A DNA stretch of 64,000 bases from the human T2T-CHM13v2.0 reference genome, Homo sapiens (GCF_009914755.1 NC_060937.1), one strand, 5' to 3'; shown: positions 28,818 to 53,798, counted from the stretch's first letter. Notes: generated by a model not told the origin, from the sequence alone. Program-made: numbers and translations.

Positions 28818-30250
28818 TGAGAGGTGACAGCGTGCTGGCAGTCCTCACAGCCCTTGCTCGCTCTTGGCACCTCCTTTGCCTGGGCTCCTCCCACTTTGTC
28901 AGCACTTGAGGAGCCCTTCAGCCCACCGCTGCACTGTGGGAGCCCCTTTCTGGGCTGGCCAAGGCGGGAGCCGGCTCCCTCAGCTTCCAGGGAGGTGTGG
29001 AGGGAGAGGCGCAAGCGGGAACCGGGGCTGCGCTCAGTGCTTGTGGGCCAGCTGGAGTTCTGGGTGGGCGTGGGCTTGGTGGGCCCCGCACTCGGAGCAG
29101 CCGGCCGGCCCTGCCGGCCCCGGGCAATGAGGGGCTTAGCCCCTGGGCCAGTGGCTGTGGAGGGTGTACTGGGTCCCCCAGCAGTGCTGGCCCACCGGCG
29201 CTGTGCTCGATTTCTCCCTGGGCTTTAGCTGCCTTCCTGCAGGGCAGGGCTCGGGACCTGCAGCCCGCCATGCCTGAGCCTCCCACCTCCTCCATGGGCT
29301 CCTGTGCTGGGGGAGCCTCCCTGATGAGCGCTGCCCCCTGCTCTACGGCGCCCAGTCCCATCGACCACCCAACGGCCGAGGAGTGCGGGCACACAACGTG
29401 GGACTGGCAGGCAGCTCCACCTGCAGCCCTGGCGTGGGATCCACTGGGTGAAGCCAGCTGGGCTCCTGAGTCTGGTGGGGACGTGGAGAACCTTTATGTC
29501 TAGCTCAGGGATTGTAAATACACCAATCGGCACTCTGTATCTAGCTCAAGGTTTGTAAACACACCAATCAGCACCCTGTGTCTAGCTCAGGGTTTGTGAA
29601 TGCACCAATCGACACTCTGTATCTAGCTACTCTGGTGGGGACTTGGAGAACCTAGGGTGTTGACACTCTGTATCTAGCTAATCTGGTGGGGACGTGGAGA
29701 ACCTTTGTGTCTAGCTCACGGATTGTAAACGCACCAATCAGCCCTGTCAAAATAGACCACTCGGCTCTACCAATCAGCAGGATGTGGGTAGGGCCAGATA
29801 AGAGAATAAAAGCAGGCTGCCCAAGCCAGCAGTGGCAAACCGCTTGGGTCCCCTTCCACACTGTGGAAGCTTTGTTCTTTCGTTCTTTGCAATAAATCTT
29901 GCTACTGCTCACTCTTTGGGTCCACACTGCCTTTATGAGCTGTAACACTCACTGTGAAGGTCTGCAGCTTCACTCCTGAAGCCAGCGAGCCCACGAGCCC
30001 ACTGGGAGGAACGAACAACTCCAGATGCGCCAACTTAAGAGCTGTAACACTCACCGCGAAGGTCTGCAGCTTCACTCCTGAGCCAGCGAGACCACGAACC
30101 CACCAGAAGGAAGAAACTCTGAACACATCTGAACATCAGAAGGAACAAACTCCAGACACGCTGCCTTTAAGAACTGTAACACTCACTGCGAGTGTCCGCG
30201 GCTTCATTCTTGAAGTCAGTGAGACCAAGAACCCACCAATTCTGGACACA
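28818..30250 (+). promoter_or_regulatory. 5' LTR12 (LTR12C-like, 1433 bp) with tandem CCAAT enhancer repeats
   Basis: TG...CA termini and GC-rich U3. Repeated CACCAATC..TGTGTCTAGCTCA units at ~29490-29780. AATAAAA TATA-like box at ~29806, poly(A) signal AATAAA at 29891, three U5 repeats CTGTAACACTCAC. Confidence 0.93.
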
Positions 30251-30253
30251 TTT

Positions 30254-30271
30254 TGGTGACCACGAAGGGAC
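30254..30271 (+). other. Primer-binding site complementary to tRNA-Arg
   Basis: TGGTGACCACGAAGGGAC 3 nt after the LTR end. One mismatch from the HERV9 Arg PBS TGGCGACCACGAAGGGAC. Confidence 0.88.
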
Positions 30272-31492
30272 CTTCACTTATCACCAAGTGGTGAGACAAT
30301 TGCCGAGCGGTGAGACTATCGCCTATCGCCGAACGGTGAGACCTTCGCCTAGCGCTGAGCGGTGAGACCATCGGACCCCTTTTGCTTGTTATTCTGTCCT
30401 ATCTTTCCTTATAATTCAGGGGCTAAATACCAGCCACCTGTCGGCCAGTTAAAAGCAACTAGCACGGCTGCCGGAATAAAGACACGGGTGTCAGGCTTTC
30501 TGGGAAAGGGCTCTCTAACAACCCCCGACTCTTCAGAGTTGGGACCGTTGGTTTGCCTAGAATCAGCTTCTGCTTTTCCTATACTTCTGGGCTGAGCTGA
30601 GGGTCGACAGAGAGGAAAGCCATGCAGCTCCGAGGTCCTGACAACAAGTTAGTTGACCCTGCGGCCATGAGCAGAACTCTCAAAGGCATGTCGCCCAAGC
30701 GAGACTCGCCCATCTATCCTGACCCTTGCCCCCGGGTCCTAATGCCTGCCAGACAAACTTCCTCTCGCCTCTCTTCTCCAAGGCTTGTCCTGCTTCTAAA
30801 AATTGCTACCTGTCTCTGGTGCTTTTCTAGTTTCTCCTATAAGAATGATTTCTAGTATAAACTCCAGGACTCTGTTACCTTCTTTAGGTACCCGGGCTCA
30901 CCAATCAGAAAGACATATTTTTTGCCCAAAGCCCCGTCATAGTGGGGACTACCTGGAATTTTAGGATCCCTCCTCAGACTGATAGGCCTAACAAAGCTAT
31001 TCCTGAAGCTAGGATATGGGGAGCCTCAGAAAGTGTATCCTTCATATTCATATAAGTGAGGACAAAAGGTGTCACTCTTCCAACCCTGGAGATCCCTGCC
31101 CTCCCTCAGGGTATGGCCCTCCACTTCATTTATGAGGCATAACATCTTTATAGGACGGGGTAAAGTCCCAATACTAACAGGAGAATGCTTAGGACTCTAA
31201 CAGGATTTTGAGAATGCGTCGGTAAGGGCCACTAAATCCGATTTTTCTCGGTCGGTCCTCCTTGTGGTCTAGGAGGACAGGCAAGGGTGCAGGTTTTCGA
31301 GAATGTGTCGGTAAGGACCATTAAATCCGACCTTCCTCGGTCCTCCATGTGGTCTTGGAGGAAAACTAGTGTTTCTGCTGCTGCTTCAGTGAGCGCAACT
31401 ATTCCGATCAGCAGGGTCCAGGGACTGTTGCGGGTTCTTGGGCAGGGGGAGAAACAAAACAAACCAAAACTGCAGGCGGTTTTGTCTTTTAG

Positions 31493-32951
31493 ATGGGAAA
31501 CACTCAGGCATCAACAGGCTCACCCTTGAAATGCATCCTAAGCCACTGGGACCAATTTGACCCACAAACCCTAAAAAAGAGGCGGCTCATTTTTTTCTGC
31601 ACTATGGCTTGGCCCCAATATTCTCTCTCTCATGGGGAAAAATGGCCACCTGAGGGAAGTACAAATTAGAATACTATCCTGTAGCTTGACCTTTTCTGTA
31701 AGAGGGAAGGCAAATGGAGTGGAATACCTTATGTCCAAGCTTTCTTTTCATTGAGGGAGAATACACAACTATGCAAAGCTTGCAATTTACATCCCACAGG
31801 AGGACCTCTCAGCTTACCCCCATATCCTAGCCTCCCTATAGCTCCCCTTCCTATGAATGATAATCCTCCTCTAATCTCCCCTGCCCAGAAGGAAATAAGC
31901 AAAGAAATCTCCAAAGGACCACAAAACCCTCCTGGCTATTGGTTATGTCCCCTTCAAGCTGTAGGGGGAGGGGAATTTGGCCCAACCTGGGTACATGTCC
32001 CCTTCTCCCTCTCTGATTTAAAGCAGATCAAGGCCGACTGGGGAAGTTTTCAGATGATCCTGATAGGTACATAGATGTCCTACAAGGTCTAGGGCAAACC
32101 TTCGACCTCGCTTGGAGAGACGTCATGCTACTGTGAGATCAAACCCTGGTCTTTAATGTAAAGAATGCGGCTTTAGCTGCAGCCCAAGAGTTTGGAGATA
32201 CCTGGTATCTTAGTCAAGTAAATGATAGAATGGCAGCTGAAAAAAGGGACAAATTTCCTACCAGTCAGCAAGCCATCCCCAGTATGGATCCCTACTGGGA
32301 CCTTGACTTGGATCATGGGGACTGGAGTTGTAAACATCTGTTGACCTATGTTCTAGAAGGACTAAGGAGAATTAGAAAAAAGCCCATGAATTATTCAATG
32401 ATGTCCACCATAACTCAGGGAAAGGAAGAAAATCCTTCTGCCTTCCTCAAGTGGCTATGAGAGGCCTTAAGAAAATATACTCCCCTGTCACCCAAATCAC
32501 TTGAGGGTCAATTGATTCTAAAAGTTAAGTTTATTACCCAATCAGCCACAGGTATCAGGAGAAAGCTCGAAAAGCAAGCCAGGGCCCTGAACAAAATCTA
32601 GAGGCATTATTAAACCTGGCAACCTTGGTGTTCTATAATAGGGACCAAGAGGAACAGGCCCAAAAGGAAAAGCGAGATCAGAGAAAGGCCGCAGCCTTAG
32701 TCATGGCCCTCAGACAAACAAACCTTGGTGGTTCAGAGAGGACAGAAAATGGAGCAGGCCAATCACCTGGTAGGGCTTGTTATCAGTGTGGTTTACTAGG
32801 ACACTTTAAAAAAGATTGTCCAATGAGAAACAAGCTGCCCCCTCGTCTATGTCCACTATGCCGAGGCAATCACTGGAAGGTGCACTGCCCCAGAGGACGA
32901 AGATTCCCTGGGTCAGAAGCCCCCAACCAGATGATCCAACAACAGGACTGA
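31493..32951 (+). pseudogene. HERV9 gag (disrupted)
   Basis: Starts [25 protein letters not shown]; several stops and frameshifts. Major-homology-region-like ITQGKEENPSAF; CYQCGLLGHFKKDC and CPLCRGNHWKVHC knuckles. TGA at 32949-32951. Confidence 0.9.
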
Positions 32952-35150
32952 GGGTGCCCGGGGCAAGCGCCAGCTCATGTCATCACCCTCACTGAGCCCC
33001 GGGTATGTTTAACTATTGAGGGCCAGGAAATTGACTTCCTCCTGGACACTGGCGTGGCCTTCTCAGTGTTAATCTCCTGTCCTGGACGACTGTCCTCAAG
33101 GTCCCTTACCATCCGAGGAATCCTGGGACAGCCTGTAACCAGGTATTTCTCCCACCTTCTCAGTTGTAATTGGGAGACTTTGCTCTTTTCACATGCCTTT
33201 CTTGTTATGCCTGAAAGTCCCACACCCTTATTAGGGAGGGATATATTAGCCAAGGCTGGAGCTATTATCTACATGAATATGGGGAACAAGTTACCCATTT
33301 GTTGTCCCCTACTTGAGGAGGGAATCAACCCTGAAGTCTGGGCATTGGAAGGACAATTTGGAAGGGCAAAAAATGCCTGCCCAGTCCAAATCAGGTTAAA
33401 AGATCCCACCACTTTTCCTTATCAAAGGCAATATCCCTTAAGGCCTGAAGCTCATAAAGGATTACAGAATATTGTTAAACATTTGAAAGCTCAAGGCTTA
33501 GTGAGGAAATGCAGCAGTCCCTGCAACACCCCAATTCTAGGAGTACAAAAACCGAATGGTCAGTGGAGACTAGTGCAAGATCTTAGACTCATTAATGAGG
33601 CAGTAATTCCACTATATCCAGTTGTACCCAACCCCTATACCCTGCTCTCTCAAATACCAGAGGAAGCAGAATGCTTCACAGTTCTGGACCTCAAGGATGC
33701 CTTCTTCTGTATTCCCCTGCATTCTGATTCTCAGTTCCTCTTTGCCTTTGAGGATCCCACAGACCACACATCCCATCTTACGTGGACGGTCTTGCCCCAA
33801 GGGTTTAGGGATAGCCCTCATCGGTTTGGTCAGGCCCTAGCCCAAGATCTAGGCCACTTCTCAAGTCCAGGCACTCTGGTCCTTCAATATGTAGATGATT
33901 TACTTTTGGCTACCAGTTCAGAAGCCTCGTGCCAGCAGGCTACTCTAAATCTCTTGAACTTTCTAGCTAATCAAGGGTACAAGGTGTCTAGGTCAAAGGC
34001 CCAGCTTTGCCTACAGCAGGTTAAATATCAAGGCCTAATCTTAGCCAAAGGGACCAGGGCCCTCATCAAGGAATGAATACAGCCTATACTGGCTTATCCT
34101 TGTCCTAAGACATTAAAACAGTTGCGGGGATTCCTTGGAATTACCGGCTTTTGCCAACTATGGATCCCCGGATACAGTGAGATAGCCAGGCCCCTCTATA
34201 CTCTAATCAAGGACACCCAGAGGGCAAATACTCATCTAGTAGAATGGGAATCAGAGGCAGAAACAGCCTTCAAAACCTTAAAGCAGGCCCTAGTACAAGC
34301 TCCAGGTTTAAGCCTTCCCACAGGACAAAACTTCTCTTTATATGTCACAGAGAGAGCCGGGATAGCTCTTGGAGTCCTTACTCAGACTCGTGGGACAACC
34401 CCACAACCAGTGGCACACCTAAGTAAGGAAACTGATGTAGTAGCAAAAGGCTGGCCTCACTGTTTAAGGGTAGTTGCAGCAGTGGCCGTCTTAGTGTCAG
34501 AGGCTATCAAAATAATACAAGGAAAGGATCTCATTGTCTGGACTACTCATGAAGTAAATGGCATACTAGGTGAAAAGGAAGTTTATGGCTATCAGACAAA
34601 CGCCTACTTAGATACCAGGCGCTCTGCCTTGAGGGACCGGTGCTTCAAATACGCACCTGTGTGGCCTCCAACCCTTCCACTTTTCTCCCAGAAAAGTGGA
34701 CTTAGAAGTCCCCTTCTAAGTCCTTCTAAGACTTAGAAGTCTCTCAAAAAAGGGGACTGAGAAGTCCCCTTAACTAATCCTGACCTTAACCTATATACTG
34801 ATGGAAGTTCATTTGTGGAGAATGGGATACGAAGGGCAGGTTACGCCAGTTAGTGAAGTAACCATACTTGAAAGCAAGCCTCTTCCCCCAGGGACCAGTG
34901 CCCAGTTAGCGGAACTAGTGGCACTTACCCGAGCCTTAGAACTGGGAAAGGGATAAAGAATAAATGTGTATACAGATAGCAAGTATGCTCATCTAATCCT
35001 ACATGCCCATGCTGCAATACGGAAAGAGAGGGAGTTCCTAACCTCTGGGGGAACCCCCATCAAATACCACGAGGAAATTATAGAGTTATTGCACGCAGCG
35101 GAAAAACCCAAGGAGGTGGCAGTCGTACACTGACAAAGCCATCAAATTGG
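32952..35150 (+). pseudogene. HERV9 pro-pol (protease, RT, RNase H; no integrase)
   Basis: LLDTG at 33045, LPQG, YVDD at 33888-33899. Stop at 34074. RNase H YTDGSSF and YTDSKYA motifs downstream. Confidence 0.92.
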
Positions 35151-35409
35151 GAAGGAGAGGGGAGAACAGCAGCATAAGCGGCTGGCAGAGGTAGGGAAAG
35201 ACCAGCAAGAATGAAAGAGAGAAAGAAAGTCAGAAAGAGAGACAGAGAGACAGAAACAGAGAGACAAAGAGAAGGAGTCAGAGAGAAAGAGGGACAGACA
35301 CAGAAAGTCAGAGTCAGAAAGAGAGGAAGAGACAAAGAAGTCAAAGAGAAAGAGAGATGGAAGTAGTAAAGAAAAAACAGTGTATCCCATTCCTTTAAAA
35401 GCCAGGGTA

Positions 35410-36290
35410 GTTCTTTCTACCCAGACAAGGCATATTCTTCTTATGTGGAACATCGACCTATATCTGCCTCCCCACTAACTGGACAGGCACCTGCACCTTA
35501 GTCTTTCTAAGTCCCAACATTAACACTGCCCCAGGAAATTAGACCTTATCAGTACCCCTCAAAGCTCAAGTCAGTCAGCACAGAGCCATACAACTAATAC
35601 CCCTACTTATAGGGTTAGGAATGGCTACTGCTACAGGAACCAGAATAGCCGGTTTATCTACTTCATTATCCTACTACCACACACTCTCAAAGGATTTCTC
35701 AGACATTCTGCAAGAAATAACGAAATCTATTCTTACTTTATAATCCCAAATAGACTCTTTGGCAGCAGTGACTCTCCAAAACCGCCAAGGCCTAGTCCTC
35801 CTCACTGCTGAAAAAGGAGAACTCTGCACCTTCTTAGGGGAAGAGTGTTGTTTTTACACTAACCAGTCGGGGATAGTATGAGGTGCCGCCTAGTATTTAC
35901 AGGAAAAGGCTTCTGAAATCAGATGCCTTTCAAATTCTTATACCAACCTCTGGAGTTGGGCAACATGGCTTCTCCCCTTTCTAGGTCCTGTGGCAGCCAT
36001 CTTGCTGTTACTCGCCTTTGGGCCCTGTATTTTTAACCTTCCTGTCAAATTTGTTTCCTCTAGAATCGAGGCCATCAAGCTACAGATGGTCTTACAAATG
36101 GACCCCCAAATCAGTTCAACTAACAACTTCTACCAAGGACCCCTGGACTGACCCGCTGGCAGTTTCCCTGGCCTAGAGACCTCCCCTCTGGAGGACACTA
36201 CAACTGCAGGGCCCCATCATCGCCCCTATACAGCAGGAAGTAGCTAGCGCGGTCATTGGCCAAATTCCCAACAGCAGTTGGGGTGTCCTG
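35410..36290 (+). pseudogene. HERV9 env remnant (end of SU + TM)
   Basis: GIFFLCGTSTYICLPTNWTGTCTLV, fusion peptide AIQLIPLL, ISD/CX6[28 protein letters not shown] at ~35774-35851; stops present. Followed by PPT AGAGGGGGGAT at 36294-36304. Confidence 0.88.
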
Positions 36291-36304
36291 TTTAGAGGGG
36301 GGAT

Positions 36305-36415
36305 TGAGAGGTGACAGCGTGCTGGCAGTCCTCACAGCCCTCGCTCGCTCTCAGCACCTCCTCTGCCTGGGCTCCCACTTTGGCGGCACTTGAGGAGCCC
36401 TTCAGCCCACCGCTG
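36305..36415 (+). mobile_element. 3' LTR12 stub (first 111 bp only)
   Basis: Direct repeat of the start of the 5' LTR with 6 substitutions and one 3-bp indel by my count. Stops abruptly at CACCGCTG. Confidence 0.93.
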
Positions 36416-41050
<4,635 letters not shown>

Positions 41051-43349
41051 TTTGTCTTAAGCTTTCCAGGGTGTCTTTTTAGGTGTCCTTATAGTTTCCG
41101 TGTTCTGTTGCCTCTTTCCAGCATTTTTGAAGGGACACTGTGAACTGTTGCTTAAGTAGTGTTAGGGTTGTGAGTTTGTCTTATCTTTTAAAGTATTATA
41201 CCATGTCAGGACTGCCAATAGATTTTACGTTTCATTTGAAAGCCTGTTTTAATTGTATGACACCCCAGTCTACTGTGTACCAAATGCATCCCGTGAACTT
41301 ACTTTCCTTTTCGGTATAGTGGTGAGCCTGATTTTGGCACTGTTCTAAACACATTTCATGACTGTTCTGTATACCTAGGCTGTCATGATGGCAGATTGAC
41401 AAACAGGTTGGAGTGCTTGTGTGTGCTTCTGAGCTCTGTCTCCAGTCAATGTCGAGTCTGTCGTTAATTCTGGGGCACAGACCACCTAACCTACTTTATA
41501 AGGTTTGTTGAGGCACTTGAACACATTCTTTAAAATGAAGGTCCCCTGAAAACCATCTGTCAGCTGGTTCAGTGTGCTTGTTAAACTTCCTTTTAAAAAA
41601 TAATTATTAAAACATTGCCACATAACTTGATTTATAGTCATTTAATTTTAGACGTTGAAGACACTTTAGAGACGACCTGCCCCATCCTACTCTTTAAAGA
41701 GGAGGGAACCGAGCCCCAGGTGGGCAGTATGAGAGCTGGAGCTTATCGACATGGAAGTGAGTGGCACCTATGTTTGTTTTGTGTCCAATTCAGCGTGCGG
41801 ACTTTCACTGTTTTCTGTGTTCCCATACAGTTTAGTGTTCTTTAATCTTTATCATTCTGTTCATCTGTGTTGGCCACTTCAATTGCAGCTGTAAGACTTA
41901 TGCATTTACATAGGAGGCAAGTTAGTATGGTGTAAAGTGTGGGCTTTGGGGTCAGGCGCATGAGGCTTTGTATATTGGACAGGTCTCTTCCTTGGGCGTC
42001 AGCTTCGTCCTTGTAGCTATTTTTTTCAACAAATATTTACTGAATATCTCCTGTCTTCCACTTCTGGGGAATGAATATGGTTTCTGCTTTCTTAGAAATT
42101 TTACTCTAGTAGGGAGACTGTAACAAGTGTAAAATGGTATTAGGGGAGATGCCCGGGTGCTATAAGAAAATAAAATAGAGGGATTTGACCAAGCCAAGAT
42201 TTTGAATTCTGTGTTCTAGATACTGTTCTGTTGCTTTGCTTGAACTAATTTATTCAATCTCACAACAGTCGTATGTCCCCCATTTACAGAAGATGAAAGT
42301 GAGGCACTGAGTGTTAATGTGACTTGCTCGAAGCTATAGTGCCAATAAGTGGCAAACAGGATTTAGAACTCCAGAACCTGTGCTCTTAATCATACTATGC
42401 TATCTACGGTAAGGGAGTGTTTTCCTTTGGAACTGAAAATTGAGACAAGTTTTGAAGGATGAAGTGACCTTTTCTAACAAACAGAGGAGATGAATGTTAT
42501 AGGTGAGAGAGCAGTGTATGCAAAGGTCCTGTGGCCAGAGGGAATGACAGGTTAGAAGAACTGAAAAAAGCCTACAGAGGCTCTGATGCAGAGAGTAGAT
42601 GGTGTTGGGGAAGCTGGCAGGAGTCAGACCATCTGGCTCTTATAGATCACATTATGAGGTTTGGTGTTTGTCTTAGAGCAGTGGGAAGACATTGATGTTG
42701 GAGGTGGGAGGGATGACACTGACATTTTAGATTGGAGAGGCTGAGAGGAAGGCTGTTACTGTACTTACTGTTGTACACTTGTTATACACTTACTGTGTAA
42801 TACATACGCTTTGATGATTCTTACCTGGTTTTTTCCTTTTAATGTGTTGGCAGAGACTGCATCTTGTCTATTTCTGTGTTCTTAGTACAATGTTTGACAC
42901 AATAGGTGCTGAATGTGTAACAATAGAGTAGCATTATGTTTGTGCCGGTAAAGAATTCCTCCTTGGGGTGGGAAGCATCTCTGAAGTTCACTATCACTCT
43001 AGGGGAACTTGAGCTGCTGCTTAGCTTCTCTCTGCGCTTCTCTTCTATGAACTTGAAATATGCTCTACTGAGTCTGTTTGAAGCTGAATCTTTTGAAGAT
43101 TTTAACCCCTCCCATCCCTCCCTCCACCTCTGCAAACCTTTTGGTTGGTTGAAAAGCAGCCAGCTAACTCTAGGGTCTAGTCTAGAGAATTCTGACCATT
43201 CTTTTAGCCAGTCAACAGAGTTTATTTATTTTTAGGGTATATGTAGAGTTCACCTTTTAGTCTTATTTGTTTTGTGTATCAGCTTTTTAAGCACATTCTG
43301 TTTTAATGCCTAGTTTTTTCTTCTGCGTAAATGTTTTCAGTGGCTCTAG

Positions 43350-46380
<3,031 letters not shown>

Positions 46381-46411
46381 CTCTCTTTGGTATTATTTAT
46401 TCAAGAAACCT

Positions 46412-46850
46412 TTGGTTTCCTAGAGCTGCTGTACAAATGACCATGGACCTGGTGGCTTAAAACAACAAATTCATTCTCCCACAGTACTAAAGGCCTGAAG
46501 TCTGAAATCAAGGCATGAGCAGGGCCATGCTTCGCCTGAAGGCTCTAGGGGAGAATCCTTTCTTGCCTCTTTGAGCTTCTGGTGGCTGCATTCATTCCTT
46601 GGCTTGTGGCTGCATCACTCCAGTCTCTGCCTCTGTCTTCACATGGCTGCCTTCTCCTCCTCCTTCTTGTGCGTCTTTCCCTCTCATTCTTTTATAAAGA
46701 CACTTTTCATTGGATTTAGGGCCATGACAAGATCTAGGATGATTTCATCTCAAGATCCTTCACTTTGTTGTATTGGCAAAGACACTTTATCACAGGTTCC
46801 AGGACGTGGACACATCATTTTAGGGGCTATCGTTCAATTCACCTACACGT
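46412..46850 (-). mobile_element. MLT1B/C-type MaLR LTR
   Basis: GGTGGCTTAAAACAACA..GAAGTCTGAAATCAAGG..GAAGGCTCTAGGGGAGAATCC..TCTGCCTCTGTCTTCACATGG. Confidence 0.8.
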
Positions 46851-47580
46851 AGTATGTGTCAGACACTACTTAGAGCTGGGAATATAATTGTGACTGTTTC
46901 TGCTCCCATTGTGGTTACATTTGAGTAAGGAGACTGTGCTCGTATAAATAGAAAAGTTCAGAGAGTGAGAAGTGCTCTCGAAGGAAAAAGATAGGTTAAT
47001 GGGATAGAGAGTGGTAGTGGTGCTGAGTTGGGGATGTTACCTAATGAGACCATGGGGGACATTTCTGAGCATGTGGCATTTGGACAGGAAACTGAGCCAG
47101 CCAGCCATGTGACTATATGGGGGCCTAGCATTGCAGACCAAGGAGTGCCAGGGCAAAAGCTCTGAGGGGAGATTGCATTTGGCATAATTAAGGGATGAAT
47201 GTGGCTGCTGTGGTTGGAGTGAACTGAATGAGGGGGTGATCTTAGGAGATGAGGGAGGAGGAGTGGGTAGGCGGGACAGAGTCATCAGGGGCTTGTATTT
47301 GGAATTTAGTAATGAGAGTCCAGTTGGAGGCATTTAAGCACATTGAATTTATGTTTGGAAAAGACGTTTGTGACTAGTACGTAGCGAATGTCTTAGTAGG
47401 GGTGGGAGTAGGATTGGGGACTGGGGTGGGAAGAGTGGAAACAGAGAGACCCATCAGGAAGCTGTTGTAGAAGACCAAGCTAGAGATGATGGTAACTTGT
47501 GCTAGGGCACTGGAGTTGCTGAGAACTGGTCAGACTTGGAATGTATTTTGGAGCTAGAGCCAGTATCTTGCTGTGGGGTT
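46850..47580 (-). mobile_element. L2 fragment
   Basis: GAGCCAGCCAGCCATGTGA..GGGCAAAAGCTCTGAGG..GAGACCCATCAGGAAGCTGTTG..GAGATGATGGT..TGGTCAGACTTGGAATGTATTTTGG, typical of L2 3' region. Confidence 0.7.
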
Positions 47581-47589
47581 TGAAGGCAG

Positions 47590-48594
47590 ATACAGATGTA
47601 CCTCATATCTTGGCTTTATTGACCCTGCAGATACTGCTTTTTTTTTGTTGTTTTTACAGATTGAGGGTTTGTGGCAACCCTGCTTTGAGCAACTGTATTG
47701 GTGTCATCTTTCCAATAGCACATACTTACTTGGTGTCTCTGTGAAACATTTTGATAATTTTTTCATTATTACTATGTCTGTTATGGTGATCTGTGATCAG
47801 TGATCTTCGATATTCTTATTGTAAATATTTTGGGGTGCCGTGAACCACGCCCATATAAGTTGGAGAAACATAATTGATAAATGTGTGAGTTTTGACTTCT
47901 CCAAGCAGTTATTCCCCTATGTCTCTCCCTCTCCTCAGGCTTCCCTAATTCTCTGAGATACAACAATATTGAAATTAGGCCAATTAATAATCTTCTAAGC
48001 GTTCTAGTGAAAGGAAGAGTCACACATCTCTCACTTTGAATCAAAAACTAGAAATCATTAAGCTTAGTGAGGAAGGCCTGTCAAAAGCCAAGATAGACTG
48101 AAAGTTGGGCCTCTTGTGCCAAATTGTAAATGCAAAGGAAAAGTTCTGGAAGGAAATTAGAAGTGCTACTCCAGTGAGCGCACAACTGATTAAAAAAAGT
48201 GAAACAGCTTTATTGCTGATATGGCGAAAGCTTTAGTGGTTTGGATAGAAGATCAAACCAGCCACAACATTTCCTTAAGCCATAGCCTAATCCAGCGCAA
48301 GGTCCTCGCTTCAGTTCTGCGAAGGCTGAGAGAGGTGAGGATGCTGCAGAAGAAAACTTGGAAGCAGAGGTTGGTTCATGGGGTTTAAGAAAAGAAGTGA
48401 GGCCGGGCGCAGTGGTTCACACCTGTAATCCCAGTACTTTGGGAGGCCGAGGCGAGTGGATCACAAGGTCAAGAGATTGAGACCATTCTGGCTAACATGG
48501 TGAAGGATCAGATGATTGTTAGCATTTTTGAGCAATAACTGTTTTGAACAATAATTAATTGGACCTGAACCTACAGTATCTGTAAGGTATGTAT
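47590..48594 (+). mobile_element. Internally deleted Tigger1 DNA transposon with a truncated Alu (48401-48503) at the deletion
   Basis: TTTTTACAGATTGAGGGTTTGTGGCAACCCTGC..TCAAAAACTAGAAATCATTAAGCTTAGTGAGGAAGGC..GCAAAGGAAAAGTTCTGGAAGGAAATT (Tigger1 transposase N-terminus). 3' end GATGATTGTTAGCATTTTT. Confidence 0.85.
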
Positions 48595-48912
48595 AAACAG
48601 GGAAAGGAAGGAATTAAGAGTGACTTTTGAAGGGTAGACACACAAGGTCGCTATTGTGTGATTTTGTGTTTATATGCAGTCTCCAGAATAGACTGATCCA
48701 TGAAGACAGAAAGTAGATTAGTGGTTGCCCAGGGCCTGGAGGAGAGGGGATGGGAGTGACTGCGAATAGTTAAGGGTTGTCTTTTTGGGGTGATAAAAAA
48801 TGTCCTGGAATCAGTAGCCATCATGGTTCCATGCCTTGTGGATATACTAAAAACCACGGAGTTGTATACTTTTTTAAAAGGGTGAATTTTATGGTATGTG
48901 AATTACATCTCA

Positions 48913-53798
<4,886 letters not shown>

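Larger units (their letters stand above)
28818..36415 (+). mobile_element. Defective HERV9 (ERV9) provirus: full 5' LTR12, gag, pro-pol (integrase deleted), env remnant, truncated 3' LTR
   Basis: LTR12 start TGAGAGGTGACAGCGTGCTGG at 28818 and again at 36305. PBS, gag zinc knuckles, protease DTG, RT YVDD, env ISD/CX6CC and PPT are all in order. Confidence 0.95.

Noticed and set aside
28824-29533. Overlapping 88-168-aa ORFs on both strands
   Set aside because: GC-rich LTR12 U3 has few stop codons; no protein-family motifs.
29490-30200. Regularly spaced repeats resembling a CRISPR-like array
   Set aside because: These are the normal tandem U3 and U5 repeats of LTR12, with no unique spacers, in a eukaryotic context.
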